The position numbers were made by a program, and so were the translations under genes. Positions 20,421 through 30,252 of a stretch of DNA of 64,000 nt are shown here, in pieces. Below the pieces are notes generated by a model. The model saw only the letters and a list, made by a program, of their open reading frames with translations. It was not told the DNA's origin and ran no database searches. The number at the start of each line of letters is the position of its first letter. The stretch's first letter is position 1. The stretch comes from an uncultured Planctomycetia bacterium (lineage in GTDB: Bacteria; Omnitrophota; Gorgyraeia; Tantalellales; Tantalellaceae): positions 6,156 through 70,155 of the forward strand of contig CAZGQR010000003.1 of assembly GCA_964527765.1 (NCBI GenBank), written 5' to 3'.

Positions 20421-21359
20421 CTATTCGTCAAATAGGGCGCTGACGGATTCTTCATTATGTATCCGCCTTATAGCTTCACCCAGCAGGGGAGCCACCGACA
20501 GCTGCGTAACCTTCTTTACCTGCTTATCCTTTTCCACGGGTATCGTATCGGTCACCACCAGTTCTTTTATCTCCGATTTCTGCAGCCGCTCTACCGCGGG
20601 GCCGCACAATACCGGATGCGTAATAGCGGCGTATATGTCCCTGGCTCCTTCTTTTTTCAGCGCCACCACGGCTTCCGACAAGCTCCCCGCGGTAGCCACT
20701 ATATCATCCACGATAATAACATTTTTTCCTTTCACTTCACCCATTATGTGCATGACCTCGGCCTTAACGTCGCTGATGCGCCGTTTATCCACGATGGCCA
20801 GTCCTGCGCCAAACCTTTTCGCGTATGCTCTGGCCATCTTGATGCCGCCTACATCCGGCGAGACTATGACAATATCGCTTATTTTCTTCTTCTGAAAATA
20901 CTCCGCGAATATCCTGACGGCATAGAGATGATCCAGGGGAATATCAAAAAACCCCTGTATCTGACCGGCATGCAGATCTATGGTGATCACCCTGTCGGTC
21001 CCGGCGCGGGTCAGCAGATTTGCGACCAGTTTAGCGGTGATCGGGACGCGCGGCTGATCTTTTCTGTCCTGCCGGGCATAACCAAAATAGGGCAGGACAG
21101 CCGTTATCCTCCGCGGTGAGGACCTTTTCAGGGCGTCTATCATTATTAGAAGTTCCATGAGGTTCTCGTTGGCCGGGTCACATGTAGGCTGCACCACGAA
21201 GACGTCTTTTCCTCTCACATCCTGATTGGTCCTGACATGCGTTTCGCCGTCCCGGAAACGGCCGACTTCCATTTCCCCGAGAGCGATGCCCAAGCTCTGG
21301 CATATGTTTTTTGCCAGTTTTGGATTTGCATTACCCGTAAAAATCGTCAATTTATCCAT
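20421..21359 (-). CDS. prs: Ribose-phosphate pyrophosphokinase
   Basis: PYFGYARQDRK, DLHAGQIQGFF, VSPDVGG, VDDIVATAGS. Confidence 0.98.
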   Translation of the reverse strand: MDKLTIFTGNANPKLAKNICQSLGIALGEMEVGRFRDGETHVRTNQDVRGKDVFVVQPTCDPANENLMELLIMIDALKRSSPRRITAVLPYFGYARQDRKDQPRVPITAKLVANLLTRAGTDRVITIDLHAGQIQGFFDIPLDHLYAVRIFAEYFQKKKISDIVIVSPDVGGIKMARAYAKRFGAGLAIVDKRRISDVKAEVMHIMGEVKGKNVIIVDDIVATAGSLSEAVVALKKEGARDIYAAITHPVLCGPAVERLQKSEIKELVVTDTIPVEKDKQVKKVTQLSVAPLLGEAIRRIHNEESVSALFDE

Positions 21360-21360
21360 G

Positions 21361-22620
21361 TTACCCTCTCTTTTCCGTATTAAGTATTTTTGCTGGAATA
21401 CCGACTACTGTCTCTCCCGCGGGAACATCCTTATTCTTCGTGACTACGCTGCCGGCGCCGACCTTGGCGTTCTTCCCGATTTTAACGGGCGCTATCAGCA
21501 CCGCCCCTACGCCGATGAAGGCTCCATTTTCTATCACCGTGCAATATTTGTTCTTACCGTCATAATTGGCAACGATCGTGCCGGCGCCTATGTTGACGTT
21601 GCTTCCGACCGTCGTGTCGCCAAGATACGTATGATGCTTGATCTTTGTTCCTTCCCCGACTTCCGTCCGGCACAACTCCACGAAATTCCCTATCTCCACG
21701 CCCCGGGACAGCCGGGTGCCCGGACGAAGCCGTGCAAAGGGCCCGATCCTGCAGTTATCGGCTATTTTTACGCTCGACTCGATAACCGTGCCGGGGAAAA
21801 TGACAGTGTCCTTGCCTATCACCGCCGTATCGTCTATGTAGGTGGTGTCCGGGTCGATCACCGTAACGCCGGATCCCATCAGTCTTTCGATAACCTTCAT
21901 GTTCGCTATCTTATTCACGGCGGCCAGGTCCTTCCTGGAATTTATGCCGAGCGCTTCATCAGCGCTGCAGCTTTCGGAAGCGATCTTTTTGCTGTTCTGT
22001 CTGAGGATATCGACGATATCCGTAAGATAAAATTCCTTTTTCTTTTCGTTGATCTTAATGTCCCGTATAAACCTCTTAAGATCGTCTTTGCGGAAACAAT
22101 AGGTCCCGACATTTATCTCCGTTATTTTTCTTTCCTCATCGGACAGGTCCTTATCCTCGATGATTTTCAGGACATCTCCGTTTGAGTCCCTCACGATCCT
22201 TCCATAGGAGGTCGGGTCGGACACCCTGCATGTCAAAAGTGTGCAGGCGGCTTTCTGGCTGATATGCGCCTGAAAGAGTTTCCGGTACGTTTCGCCGGTG
22301 ATCAGCGGCGTGTCCCCGCAGGTTACAAGAACATTTTCTTCATCTTCTTCCAGGTGTTCTGCGGCGCGCGCCAGCGCATCACCGCTTCCAAGAAGCTCCG
22401 GCTGCCTGACAAACCGCATCTCGCCCTTGAAAACACTTTCTACGGCATCCGCCTTATACCCTACGACCGCTATTATATCGGATATCCCGGCCTCCTTTAG
22501 CCTGGAGATGGTCTTCCCCAGGATCGTGCCGGAACCTACCGGGTGCAGCACCTTGGGGATATCTGTTTTCATCCTTGTCCCCAGCCCGGCCGCAAGTATG
22601 ACCGCCGTGATATTATTCAT
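21361..22620 (-). CDS. glmU: Bifunctional UDP-GlcNAc pyrophosphorylase/glucosamine-1-P acetyltransferase (short form)
   Basis: LAAGLGTRMK, GPFARLRP, HHTYLGD, NIGAGTIVANYDG. Confidence 0.93.
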   Translation of the reverse strand: MNNITAVILAAGLGTRMKTDIPKVLHPVGSGTILGKTISRLKEAGISDIIAVVGYKADAVESVFKGEMRFVRQPELLGSGDALARAAEHLEEDEENVLVTCGDTPLITGETYRKLFQAHISQKAACTLLTCRVSDPTSYGRIVRDSNGDVLKIIEDKDLSDEERKITEINVGTYCFRKDDLKRFIRDIKINEKKKEFYLTDIVDILRQNSKKIASESCSADEALGINSRKDLAAVNKIANMKVIERLMGSGVTVIDPDTTYIDDTAVIGKDTVIFPGTVIESSVKIADNCRIGPFARLRPGTRLSRGVEIGNFVELCRTEVGEGTKIKHHTYLGDTTVGSNVNIGAGTIVANYDGKNKYCTVIENGAFIGVGAVLIAPVKIGKNAKVGAGSVVTKNKDVPAGETVVGIPAKILNTEKRG

Positions 22621-22684
22621 ATTTTATAAGACTCGAGCTTCCCGAGCGGCTGACGCGATGAAGGCGCCGAGTCCTGTCAAATCT

Positions 22685-22758
22685 TGGCTGGCGGGCAAGG
22701 ACTCGAACCTTGACAAGCAGCTCCAAAAGCTGCGGTGCTACCATTACACTACCCGCCA
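22685..22758 (-). tRNA. tRNA-Gln(UUG)
   Basis: TGGCGGGTAGTGTAATGGTAGCACC-GCAGC-TT-TTG-GA-GCTGC-TTGTCAAGGTTCGAGTCCTTGCCCGCCAGCCA; cloverleaf with encoded CCA. Confidence 0.97.
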
Positions 22759-22768
22759 CCCCCTGGAT

Positions 22769-23269
22769 CTACAGTTCTATGTCTTTCGAGTCTTCCATTT
22801 CAGGGATTTTTTCGCTCTGCCTGGATCCGGTTTTTTCTCCACCGAAACTGCCCTCTCTTGCCTTAACCTTGCCGGCTGTCTCCGGTTCACTGGAAGCCCG
22901 CCCGATCTCCTTGTTGTAAACGCCCAGTATCTTTTCCTGTATGTATACCCTGCATTCCTGTGTTATCGGATGGGCAATATCCATATGGTTACCGTACGCT
23001 TCACGCGCGCTTTCATCAGCGGCCTGTCTCTGCTCAAGCTGGGAACCGCACTGATTACAGTATTTGCTTCCCACGACATTTTTAAAATTACATTTAGGGC
23101 AGGAATCCACGGCTTTTCTGGAAGGCATCGCCACAAAAAGTCCGTTATTTCCCTGTATAACTTTAACATTCCGAACGACAAACCAGTCGTCAAACGTCAT
23201 GGTCGCGAACGCCTTAAGTTTGCCATCTTTGCTCTCTGTGGGAAAGATCCTGACTTCCGTAATCTTCAT
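22769..23269 (-). CDS. spoVG: SpoVG-family protein with inserted zinc ribbon
   Basis: MKITEVRI..KLKAFATMTFDDWFVVRNVKVIQGNNGLFVAMPSRK...DIAHPI; insert CPKC...CNQC. Confidence 0.9.
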   Translation of the reverse strand: MKITEVRIFPTESKDGKLKAFATMTFDDWFVVRNVKVIQGNNGLFVAMPSRKAVDSCPKCNFKNVVGSKYCNQCGSQLEQRQAADESAREAYGNHMDIAHPITQECRVYIQEKILGVYNKEIGRASSEPETAGKVKAREGSFGGEKTGSRQSEKIPEMEDSKDIEL

Positions 23270-23295
23270 GTCCTTCTCCTTTCGCCCTATCCCCA

Positions 23296-24156
23296 TCAAT
23301 ACGTTCTGGCAACATGGAACCGCCAGCCCTCTTCTTTCGGAAAAACCGACCTGATCCTCTCGGCCGCGCCGGCTGTCTCTTTGCGCTCAAAGATACCAAA
23401 GACAGTGGGCCCGCTCCCGGACAAAAGAACCCCTTTTGCTCCTGCTTTTTCCAGCTCAAAAAGCACTCTTTCCAGGATCGGAAAATCGCGTAATACTATT
23501 GCCTGTAAATCGTTACAAAGATTTCCCGCCAAGCCGTCAATGTCATTTTCGCCCAGAAAAGCGCTGAACATTCTATCAACTCCTCTATTGTATGTCAAGC
23601 TAAAAGCCGGCACCTTATCATATATATCTTTGGTCGATATCTCAAAAGGGGGCGTTACCAGAACATGCCAGATATCCAGCTTTGTATCCACCTCCCGCAC
23701 AATATCCCCCCGCCCCTTACCAAGAGCAAACCTGTAATTCCCCGTGAAAAAAGGGATATCGGCACCCAGGTCCCTGGATATGCTTAAAAGCGCTTCTTCT
23801 CCGAGGGGAGAACCGGTTATCCGGTTAAGCCCCCTTAAAAGGGCTGATGCGTCGCTGGAACCTCCTCCCAGGCCGGCGGCGACAGGGATATTTTTGTCCA
23901 GAGCTATCCGGAAATGAAGATCCTCCCCCAACCTTTGCTTGAATGCTTCACAGGTACGGCCCAGGAGGCTCTCCTTACCGGTAGGCACGTGGGGTTCGTT
24001 GCAGGATATCGTCGTGCGATCCCGGTCAGTTTCTACGGATATGCTGTCGGAGAGCGAGATCCTTTCGAACAGGGTTTCGATCTCATGATACCCGTCATCC
24101 CTTCGGCGGATGACCTTGAGATAAAGATTTACCTTGGCGGGCGCAGTAAAAACCAT
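23296..24156 (-). CDS. ispE: 4-diphosphocytidyl-2-C-methyl-D-erythritol kinase
   Basis: APAKVNLYL, GYHEIET, KNIPVAAGLGGGSSDA, LSGSGPTVF. Confidence 0.97.
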   Translation of the reverse strand: MVFTAPAKVNLYLKVIRRRDDGYHEIETLFERISLSDSISVETDRDRTTISCNEPHVPTGKESLLGRTCEAFKQRLGEDLHFRIALDKNIPVAAGLGGGSSDASALLRGLNRITGSPLGEEALLSISRDLGADIPFFTGNYRFALGKGRGDIVREVDTKLDIWHVLVTPPFEISTKDIYDKVPAFSLTYNRGVDRMFSAFLGENDIDGLAGNLCNDLQAIVLRDFPILERVLFELEKAGAKGVLLSGSGPTVFGIFERKETAGAAERIRSVFPKEEGWRFHVARTY

Positions 24157-24181
24157 GATGCTTATACCTGTAGTCTAAAGA

Positions 24182-25138
24182 TCATCTTTGTTTTTTTCTC
24201 GCTATAAGCGCTCTTGCTTCCCTAACGATGTCTTCTTCTGTCAGGCCAAAATATTTATACAGCTCCTCGGGCTCTCCGCTTACTCCGAATTCACCCCTTA
24301 TCCCCATCATCTTCATCGGGACAGGGCATGTTTCCACAAGGACTTCGGCCACGGCGCTCCCCATGCCGCCGTAAACGGTATGTTCTTCCAGCGTAAGCAC
24401 AGCACCCGCCTCTTCGGCCGCTTTTATCACGGCTTCCCTGTCGATCGGCTTGGGGGTATGAAGATCTATGACCCGCGCCTGTATATTCCCGGCCTTGAGA
24501 TGCCGAGCTGCTTCTATCGCCGTGTGGACAAGATGCCCGCACGCGATGATGGCGACATCGTTGCCTTCGGCCATAACCTTTGCTTTGCCTATTTTGAAAA
24601 GCGGCGTATCCGCCACAAAAGGGACCTTTGCCCTTCCCAGTCTTAAATATACCGGTCCGGGTATCTCTGCAGCCTGTTTTGTGGCTAAATACGCCTCCCT
24701 GGCATCCGCCGGCACGACCACTGTCATGTTGGGCATTATCCGCATCAAAGCAATTTCCTCCAGAGCCTGGTGAGTGGCCCCGTCCCCGCCCACGGAAATC
24801 CCCCCGTGCGTTCCCGCTATGTTAACGTTGAGGTTCATATAAGCCACGGATACCCTTATCTGGTCCCAGGCGCGGCCGCTTGCAAAGGCGCCGAAGGTGC
24901 AGGCGAACGGGATCTTCCCGGATAACGCCAGGCCCGCTGCCGTACTTATCATATCCTGCTCGGCGACACCATGACTTATGAACCTGTCCGGATATTTTTC
25001 CTTGAACCAATGGGCCCTGACCGATTCGGTAAGATCCGCCGATAATACGACCACGTCCTTGTTGCTTTCGCCCAGTTCCAGGAGCGCCCTGCCGAAACCG
25101 TCCCTCGTGGATTCTTTCTTAACTTTTTCATCGCTCAT
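24182..25138 (-). CDS. Transketolase, C-terminal subunit
   Basis: GVAEQDM, RAWDQIR, GDGATHQALE, EEH...GGMGSAVAE. Confidence 0.93.
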   Translation of the reverse strand: MSDEKVKKESTRDGFGRALLELGESNKDVVVLSADLTESVRAHWFKEKYPDRFISHGVAEQDMISTAAGLALSGKIPFACTFGAFASGRAWDQIRVSVAYMNLNVNIAGTHGGISVGGDGATHQALEEIALMRIMPNMTVVVPADAREAYLATKQAAEIPGPVYLRLGRAKVPFVADTPLFKIGKAKVMAEGNDVAIIACGHLVHTAIEAARHLKAGNIQARVIDLHTPKPIDREAVIKAAEEAGAVLTLEEHTVYGGMGSAVAEVLVETCPVPMKMMGIRGEFGVSGEPEELYKYFGLTEEDIVREARALIARKKQR

Positions 25139-25158
25139 AAGAACAGCTCCTTATGCCT

Positions 25159-26175
25159 TTATTGCGCGTTGCCTTTCATGAAATATCCTCCGGGGGCCTG
25201 CACTATGTCTTCCACTACCAGTCTTTTTTTGTTGAAATCATAAACATCCTGCCCGCTCAGAGTGAGTCTGACATTTTCCAGCTGGTCTTCCAGTATCAAA
25301 AGATCGAAATCATTGAACTTGTATCCGTAAACCACCTCGTTCGCTATACGGACTATTTCCTGGATCTTTTTCAGGCGAAGACCTGGCTCCTCATCGCTTT
25401 TTTGGTCCGCGATCTTGAATCTCAGAATAAAGACCCTTGATCCGTCACTGGTAACGAACGAACTCTCGGCGACTTTGTACTTGAACATTTCCGCTAATTT
25501 CCCGTCACTGCGAAAATCGATCTTTACCCTGTTGGCGATCTGGGCGGCGAGAAATTCTTCCATGGTGACGTCTTTAAGGTAAAAGTGCCCTCTCCAGTAA
25601 CCGATATCGCTTAGCCTTGTGGGCGGGCTCCTGAAAAATTCATCCAGCACTTTCTGTCTCGTCCCTTCCTCCACGCCAAGCTTATCGAAGATCTGCTCTA
25701 CGGAACGCTCCTTCTTCGCCTGGGGGGTAAGATTGATGCTGAAAAGCGTACGCTTAAATGATTCGTTCCTTGAGATGTTACGATACATGCCGTGCTTGAC
25801 ATCTTCGACGTACTTTATTATTACTACCTGCAGTTCCGGCAGCCTGGCATCCTGTGTTATGACACAGTAAAAATCTATATCAGCGTCCGTGCTCAGGACC
25901 ACCCGCGACGCGATCAGAAGAAGATTGCTGATCTTGTCCCAGGCGTCTTCGCTTATCCCCATCCCTATATCCATAAGGCCTTTCATGGGATAATATATAC
26001 CCATTGTTTTCCCGACAACCGTGACATCCACATCCATATTATACTCCGACTTGCAGACCTCTCTGACGGCTTCGGGAAGTTTTTCCTTGGGATATGTCGG
26101 CATGCATGCCGGGGTCATCAAAAGCACCCCGGCTATTAATACAAAAACTGCTGCGATATTACAGACGTTCTTCAT
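25159..26175 (-). CDS. Hypothetical protein, probable lipoprotein
   Basis: ATG 26175 just after the FtsH-like stop; hydrophobic stretch ending in LLMTPAC (lipobox-like); no family recognised. Confidence 0.7.
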   Translation of the reverse strand: MKNVCNIAAVFVLIAGVLLMTPACMPTYPKEKLPEAVREVCKSEYNMDVDVTVVGKTMGIYYPMKGLMDIGMGISEDAWDKISNLLLIASRVVLSTDADIDFYCVITQDARLPELQVVIIKYVEDVKHGMYRNISRNESFKRTLFSINLTPQAKKERSVEQIFDKLGVEEGTRQKVLDEFFRSPPTRLSDIGYWRGHFYLKDVTMEEFLAAQIANRVKIDFRSDGKLAEMFKYKVAESSFVTSDGSRVFILRFKIADQKSDEEPGLRLKKIQEIVRIANEVVYGYKFNDFDLLILEDQLENVRLTLSGQDVYDFNKKRLVVEDIVQAPGGYFMKGNAQ

Positions 26176-26176
26176 C

Positions 26177-27832
26177 CTACCCCTTTGCGCCGTGTTCCCA
26201 GCTTCTATCCACTGGCGGAGTTCCGTCGCCGGTGGATTCTTTATAACCGTATTCTTCAAAGATCGCTATTATCTCGTCATATTCCAGCTCTTCGCGCTTC
26301 AGGAGTTCCCTGGCGAACCTGTCCAGGATATCTCTTTTGTCTTTCAGGGTCTCTTCGACCTCAACCAGGCACTTGTTCATGATCTCGTTAGTATCCTTAT
26401 TTAATGCCACGCGGACATCTTCCGACAGCTGGTCTTTCGGGATCACCGTATAATCCCCCACCATCCCGGATTTGCCCATGCCCAACTGCCAGGCCATCTT
26501 GTGAGCTACGGACATGCCTTTCTCGAAGTCGCTGCTCACGCCGCTGCTCGTCGTCCCGTATTTTATCTTTTCGGCCGTATACCCGCCGAGAGACACCATT
26601 ATCTCCGAGATGAGTTGTTCCCTGCTGTATGAATGCAATTCCTCTCTTTCCGGGGACCACACAACACCCAAAGCCCCCCTTCTGGGAATGATGCTTGCCT
26701 TAAAAACGCTTTTCGCGGGCGCCTTTAAAAACGTGATTATCAGGTGTCCGGACTCATGGTATGCCGTCATCTCCTTTTCCTTCGGGGTAACTGTCAGGCG
26801 ATGCTTGATCCCGAGATCGACCCGCTCGAACGCTTCGCTGATCTCTTTTAATCCTATAGCGGTTTTTTTTCTTCTGCTGGCGATCAGGGCCGATTCTTTT
26901 ACTATGTTGGCTATGTCGGCCGGGCTTTTCCCTACGGCGCGTCGTGCAAGCCGCCCGAGATCAACGTCCTTCTCGGCTTTGACCTTCTTGAGATAAAACT
27001 TAAAGAGCTCTTCCCTGTCATCCTGGGACGGAAAACTTATCATGATTTTTCTGTCAAATCGTCCCGGTCTGAGGAGGGCCTGATCGAGATGCTGTTCGGG
27101 GGCGTTTGTAGCGCCGATGACTATCACGTTCTGATCCTTTCCTTTAAGCCCGTCCATCTCGGCAAGCACCTGATTCAGCGTGCTGTTGGTCTCCTGCCCG
27201 CCCATAAAACTGAACGTCCTGGACCTTCCGATAGCGTCTATCTCGTCGATGAATATGATGCACCCGCCGTATCCATAGGCAAGGTCCCGCGCCTTCTTGA
27301 AAAGTTTCCGGACCCGCGAAGCGCCGACCCCGACAAAGACCTCCACGAATTCACTGCCGGACATCGAGATAAAAGGCATGTCCGCCTCGGTCGCTATGGC
27401 TTTCGCCATGTAGGTCTTCCCGCAGCCCGGGGGTCCGAGCATAAGAAGTCCCTTGACGACACTGCCGCCCATCCTTCGCACATTGGCCCTGTCTTTTATA
27501 AGCTGGACGATCTCCCATGCCTCCTGCTTGGCGTCCTGCATCCCTATAACATCGTTCCATGTGATAGAAACGTCCTTTCCCTTGATCGGAGCTTTATCCA
27601 GCTTTGCGAACCCGCCGCGCATGAAAGTCAGGTACATGAATACGAAGATCCCCGCGTGGATGCCGGCCATGATAAACTGCACGGGCATCGTTGCGAGCGT
27701 CATTTTGCGGTAAAAAGATTCCAGCGACATCAATCCTACCACCGAAAGAATGACCAGAATAACGACCACCGCGACAAGTATTATGATCACCTTGTACTGC
27801 CGGAAATACATGATCAATTTTCTGTTAAGCAT
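26177..27832 (-). CDS. FtsH-like AAA+ zinc metalloprotease (compact paralogue)
   Basis: Two N-terminal TM helices, GPPGCGKT, IIFIDEID, ALLRPGRFDR, AYHESGH (HExxH). Confidence 0.92.
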   Translation of the reverse strand: MLNRKLIMYFRQYKVIIILVAVVVILVILSVVGLMSLESFYRKMTLATMPVQFIMAGIHAGIFVFMYLTFMRGGFAKLDKAPIKGKDVSITWNDVIGMQDAKQEAWEIVQLIKDRANVRRMGGSVVKGLLMLGPPGCGKTYMAKAIATEADMPFISMSGSEFVEVFVGVGASRVRKLFKKARDLAYGYGGCIIFIDEIDAIGRSRTFSFMGGQETNSTLNQVLAEMDGLKGKDQNVIVIGATNAPEQHLDQALLRPGRFDRKIMISFPSQDDREELFKFYLKKVKAEKDVDLGRLARRAVGKSPADIANIVKESALIASRRKKTAIGLKEISEAFERVDLGIKHRLTVTPKEKEMTAYHESGHLIITFLKAPAKSVFKASIIPRRGALGVVWSPEREELHSYSREQLISEIMVSLGGYTAEKIKYGTTSSGVSSDFEKGMSVAHKMAWQLGMGKSGMVGDYTVIPKDQLSEDVRVALNKDTNEIMNKCLVEVEETLKDKRDILDRFARELLKREELEYDEIIAIFEEYGYKESTGDGTPPVDRSWEHGAKG

Positions 27833-27867
27833 AATATCTTCTCCTCTAAAACTCGTTATTTCCCGCT

Positions 27868-28710
27868 TTATTGTTCCAGGGCGGTTTCCTGTTCATCCAG
27901 TTCCGCCAAAGCTTTTTCCAGCTCCTCTTTCTTCGGGGCGATACCGTGCCATTCGACCTTATTCTCCACAAACGATATCCCTTTTCCCTTTACGGTATGA
28001 GCGATAACCATCTGCGGTTTGCCTTTTACCGCCTGGGCCTCCTCAAAAGCCTTGTCCAGCTGTTTAAAGTCATGCCCGTCCGTTTCGATCGCGTGCCATC
28101 CGAACTCTTCCCATTTTTTCCTGCATTCGCCCATGTCCTTGACCTCGCAGCACAGGCCGTCTATCTGCAGCTTGTTATAATCAATGATACCGCACAGGTT
28201 GTCAAGACCATAGTGCGCCGCCGTCATGGCCGCCTCCCAGATCTGCCCCTCATTGGTTTCGCCGTCCCCCATGAGACAATATACCCTCGCTTTTATGCCG
28301 TCTATCCTGTCGGCCAACGCGATCCCGGCCGCTACGGACAACCCCTGACCGAGAGAACCGCTGGATATTTCCAGCCCCGGCAAGCCCAACTGCGGATGCC
28401 CCTGAAGACGGCTCCCCAGTTTCCGGAGGGTCCAGAGTTCCTCTCTCGGGAAAAATCCGAGATTCGCCAGAACAGCGTATAAAGCAGGGCATCCGTGTCC
28501 CTTGGAAAGCACGAACTTATCCCGCTCTTTCCAGTCATGCCTTTTGGGGTCTATTTTCATCCTCCCGTAGTACAGAGATACGAGTATCTCGACTATTGAC
28601 AACGACCCTCCCGTATGTCCGCTCCCGGCTTTCTCCAGCATGGTCAATATGTCACGCCTGATCGCTATGGCCTTCTTTTTCAATTTTTTAATATCGTCTG
28701 CTTCTTTCAT
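27868..28710 (-). CDS. Transketolase, N-terminal subunit
   Basis: GSGHTGGSLS, LSKGHGCP, GSLGQG, GDGETNEGQIWEA. Confidence 0.95.
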   Translation of the reverse strand: MKEADDIKKLKKKAIAIRRDILTMLEKAGSGHTGGSLSIVEILVSLYYGRMKIDPKRHDWKERDKFVLSKGHGCPALYAVLANLGFFPREELWTLRKLGSRLQGHPQLGLPGLEISSGSLGQGLSVAAGIALADRIDGIKARVYCLMGDGETNEGQIWEAAMTAAHYGLDNLCGIIDYNKLQIDGLCCEVKDMGECRKKWEEFGWHAIETDGHDFKQLDKAFEEAQAVKGKPQMVIAHTVKGKGISFVENKVEWHGIAPKKEELEKALAELDEQETALEQ

Positions 28711-30252
28711 CTACCTTCGCCTTTTTAACTTTACTTTGATATGTTTTAATTTTTCGCTGACCTTCCTGTTGCCGGGTTCCAGCTCAAGTGACAATTCCCA
28801 TTGCCGGGCCGCTTTTTCCGGTTCCCCTTTCGCGAAATATACATCCCCGAGGTGTTCACGGATAACCGCATCATCGGGCATGTACCGGGCGGCCTTATCT
28901 ATCTGTTCCAGCGCCTCGTCCAGCATGCCCTTCCTGTAATAGGCCCACCCGAGACTGTCGATATATGCGCCGTTCTCCGGATCGGCTTCAAGCGCTTTCT
29001 TGATCAGCGCAACGGCCTTGTCCAGATCCCTGCCTTCCTCCACGTATATGTAACCAAGGTAGTTGTAGATCTCAGGCACCTGGCTCCCCCGCGAAACGGC
29101 TTCCTCCAGGATCTTTACGGCTTCTTTTCTTCGCCCCATCCGATCCGCCGTAGCCGCGAGATAGAACTTGTAAATATCGTTCGTAGGGTCTTTTTCCGCG
29201 GCTATGGAATAATAATCGACCGCTTTTTTATAGCGCCCTTGCAGTCCGGCCAGATATCCGAAGCTTCCGTAAATAACAGCGTCCGATACGCCGCCCTTCA
29301 AAGCTTCCCGCAAAACCTCTTCCGCCTTATCGAATTTCTTTTCGGACACATATATGCTGAAATTTCTCAAATACGGCTCGGGAGAACTTGCATCCAGCTG
29401 CATCAAAATGCGGTTCTGCTCCACGGCTTTACCTGTCTCTCCGAGCCTGTGATAGAGCTGTCCGAGCCGGACGTGCGCTTCTTTATTCAGCGAATCCATG
29501 CTCGCGACTTTCTTATATTGCTCTATCGCCTCGGCATATTTACCGTCTATCTCATAAATGAACCCGAGGACCATTTGGGCTTCAAGATAATCCTTATCCA
29601 CCTGAATGGCTTTTTCCAGCGTCTCCTCGGCCTTATCCAGCAGGTTCAATTTGCTGTATATGATCCCGAGGTTCAGGTAAATGAAGGCGTCGTCGTCCCT
29701 TATCCTCAGGATCCTCTCATATATTTCCGCGGCCTTGTCCAGTTTCTGCTGAATGACATAAAGATCCGATAAAAACGTCAGGACCTTAAGGTTCTCGGGG
29801 TCGTATTTCAGGGCTTTTTCGTGCTGGGCCTGCGCTTTCTCGAATTCACCCTTCGCGGTATAGATTATCGCCAAAAGAAGATAGGATTTGGTGTTCTCCG
29901 GGGCCATCTCGACGACCCGGGCCAGTGTCTCATCCGCCTCATCGAGCTGCCCCAGGAGCAGCTGGTCCGCGCCGATCTTCAGGTAGATCTCAGCTACGTC
30001 ATCCTTATAGGCCAGGGCTTTTTTGTATTCCGCGATCGCTTCGGCGGTCCTGCCGAAATTATCATAGATGGCCCCCATCACGTAATGGCTCAACGCATCT
30101 GAAGAACCCCTGATCTCGGGTTCTTTTGTCCTGGATCCATTGATGAGATCGTTTACCGGCCCGGCATAAGAACTTGTTCCCGATATGCAGACAGAAAAAA
30201 AGACGCAAAAAGAACAGACAGCGGCGAGGACAATCGGGCGCACTGGCGTCAC
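28711..30252 (-). CDS. Exported tetratricopeptide-repeat protein
   Basis: Signal-like N-terminus from GTG 30252; many TPRs; C-terminal YNYLGY...NGAYIDSLGWAYY...EHLGDVY. Confidence 0.88.
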   Translation of the reverse strand: MTPVRPIVLAAVCSFCVFFSVCISGTSSYAGPVNDLINGSRTKEPEIRGSSDALSHYVMGAIYDNFGRTAEAIAEYKKALAYKDDVAEIYLKIGADQLLLGQLDEADETLARVVEMAPENTKSYLLLAIIYTAKGEFEKAQAQHEKALKYDPENLKVLTFLSDLYVIQQKLDKAAEIYERILRIRDDDAFIYLNLGIIYSKLNLLDKAEETLEKAIQVDKDYLEAQMVLGFIYEIDGKYAEAIEQYKKVASMDSLNKEAHVRLGQLYHRLGETGKAVEQNRILMQLDASSPEPYLRNFSIYVSEKKFDKAEEVLREALKGGVSDAVIYGSFGYLAGLQGRYKKAVDYYSIAAEKDPTNDIYKFYLAATADRMGRRKEAVKILEEAVSRGSQVPEIYNYLGYIYVEEGRDLDKAVALIKKALEADPENGAYIDSLGWAYYRKGMLDEALEQIDKAARYMPDDAVIREHLGDVYFAKGEPEKAARQWELSLELEPGNRKVSEKLKHIKVKLKRRR

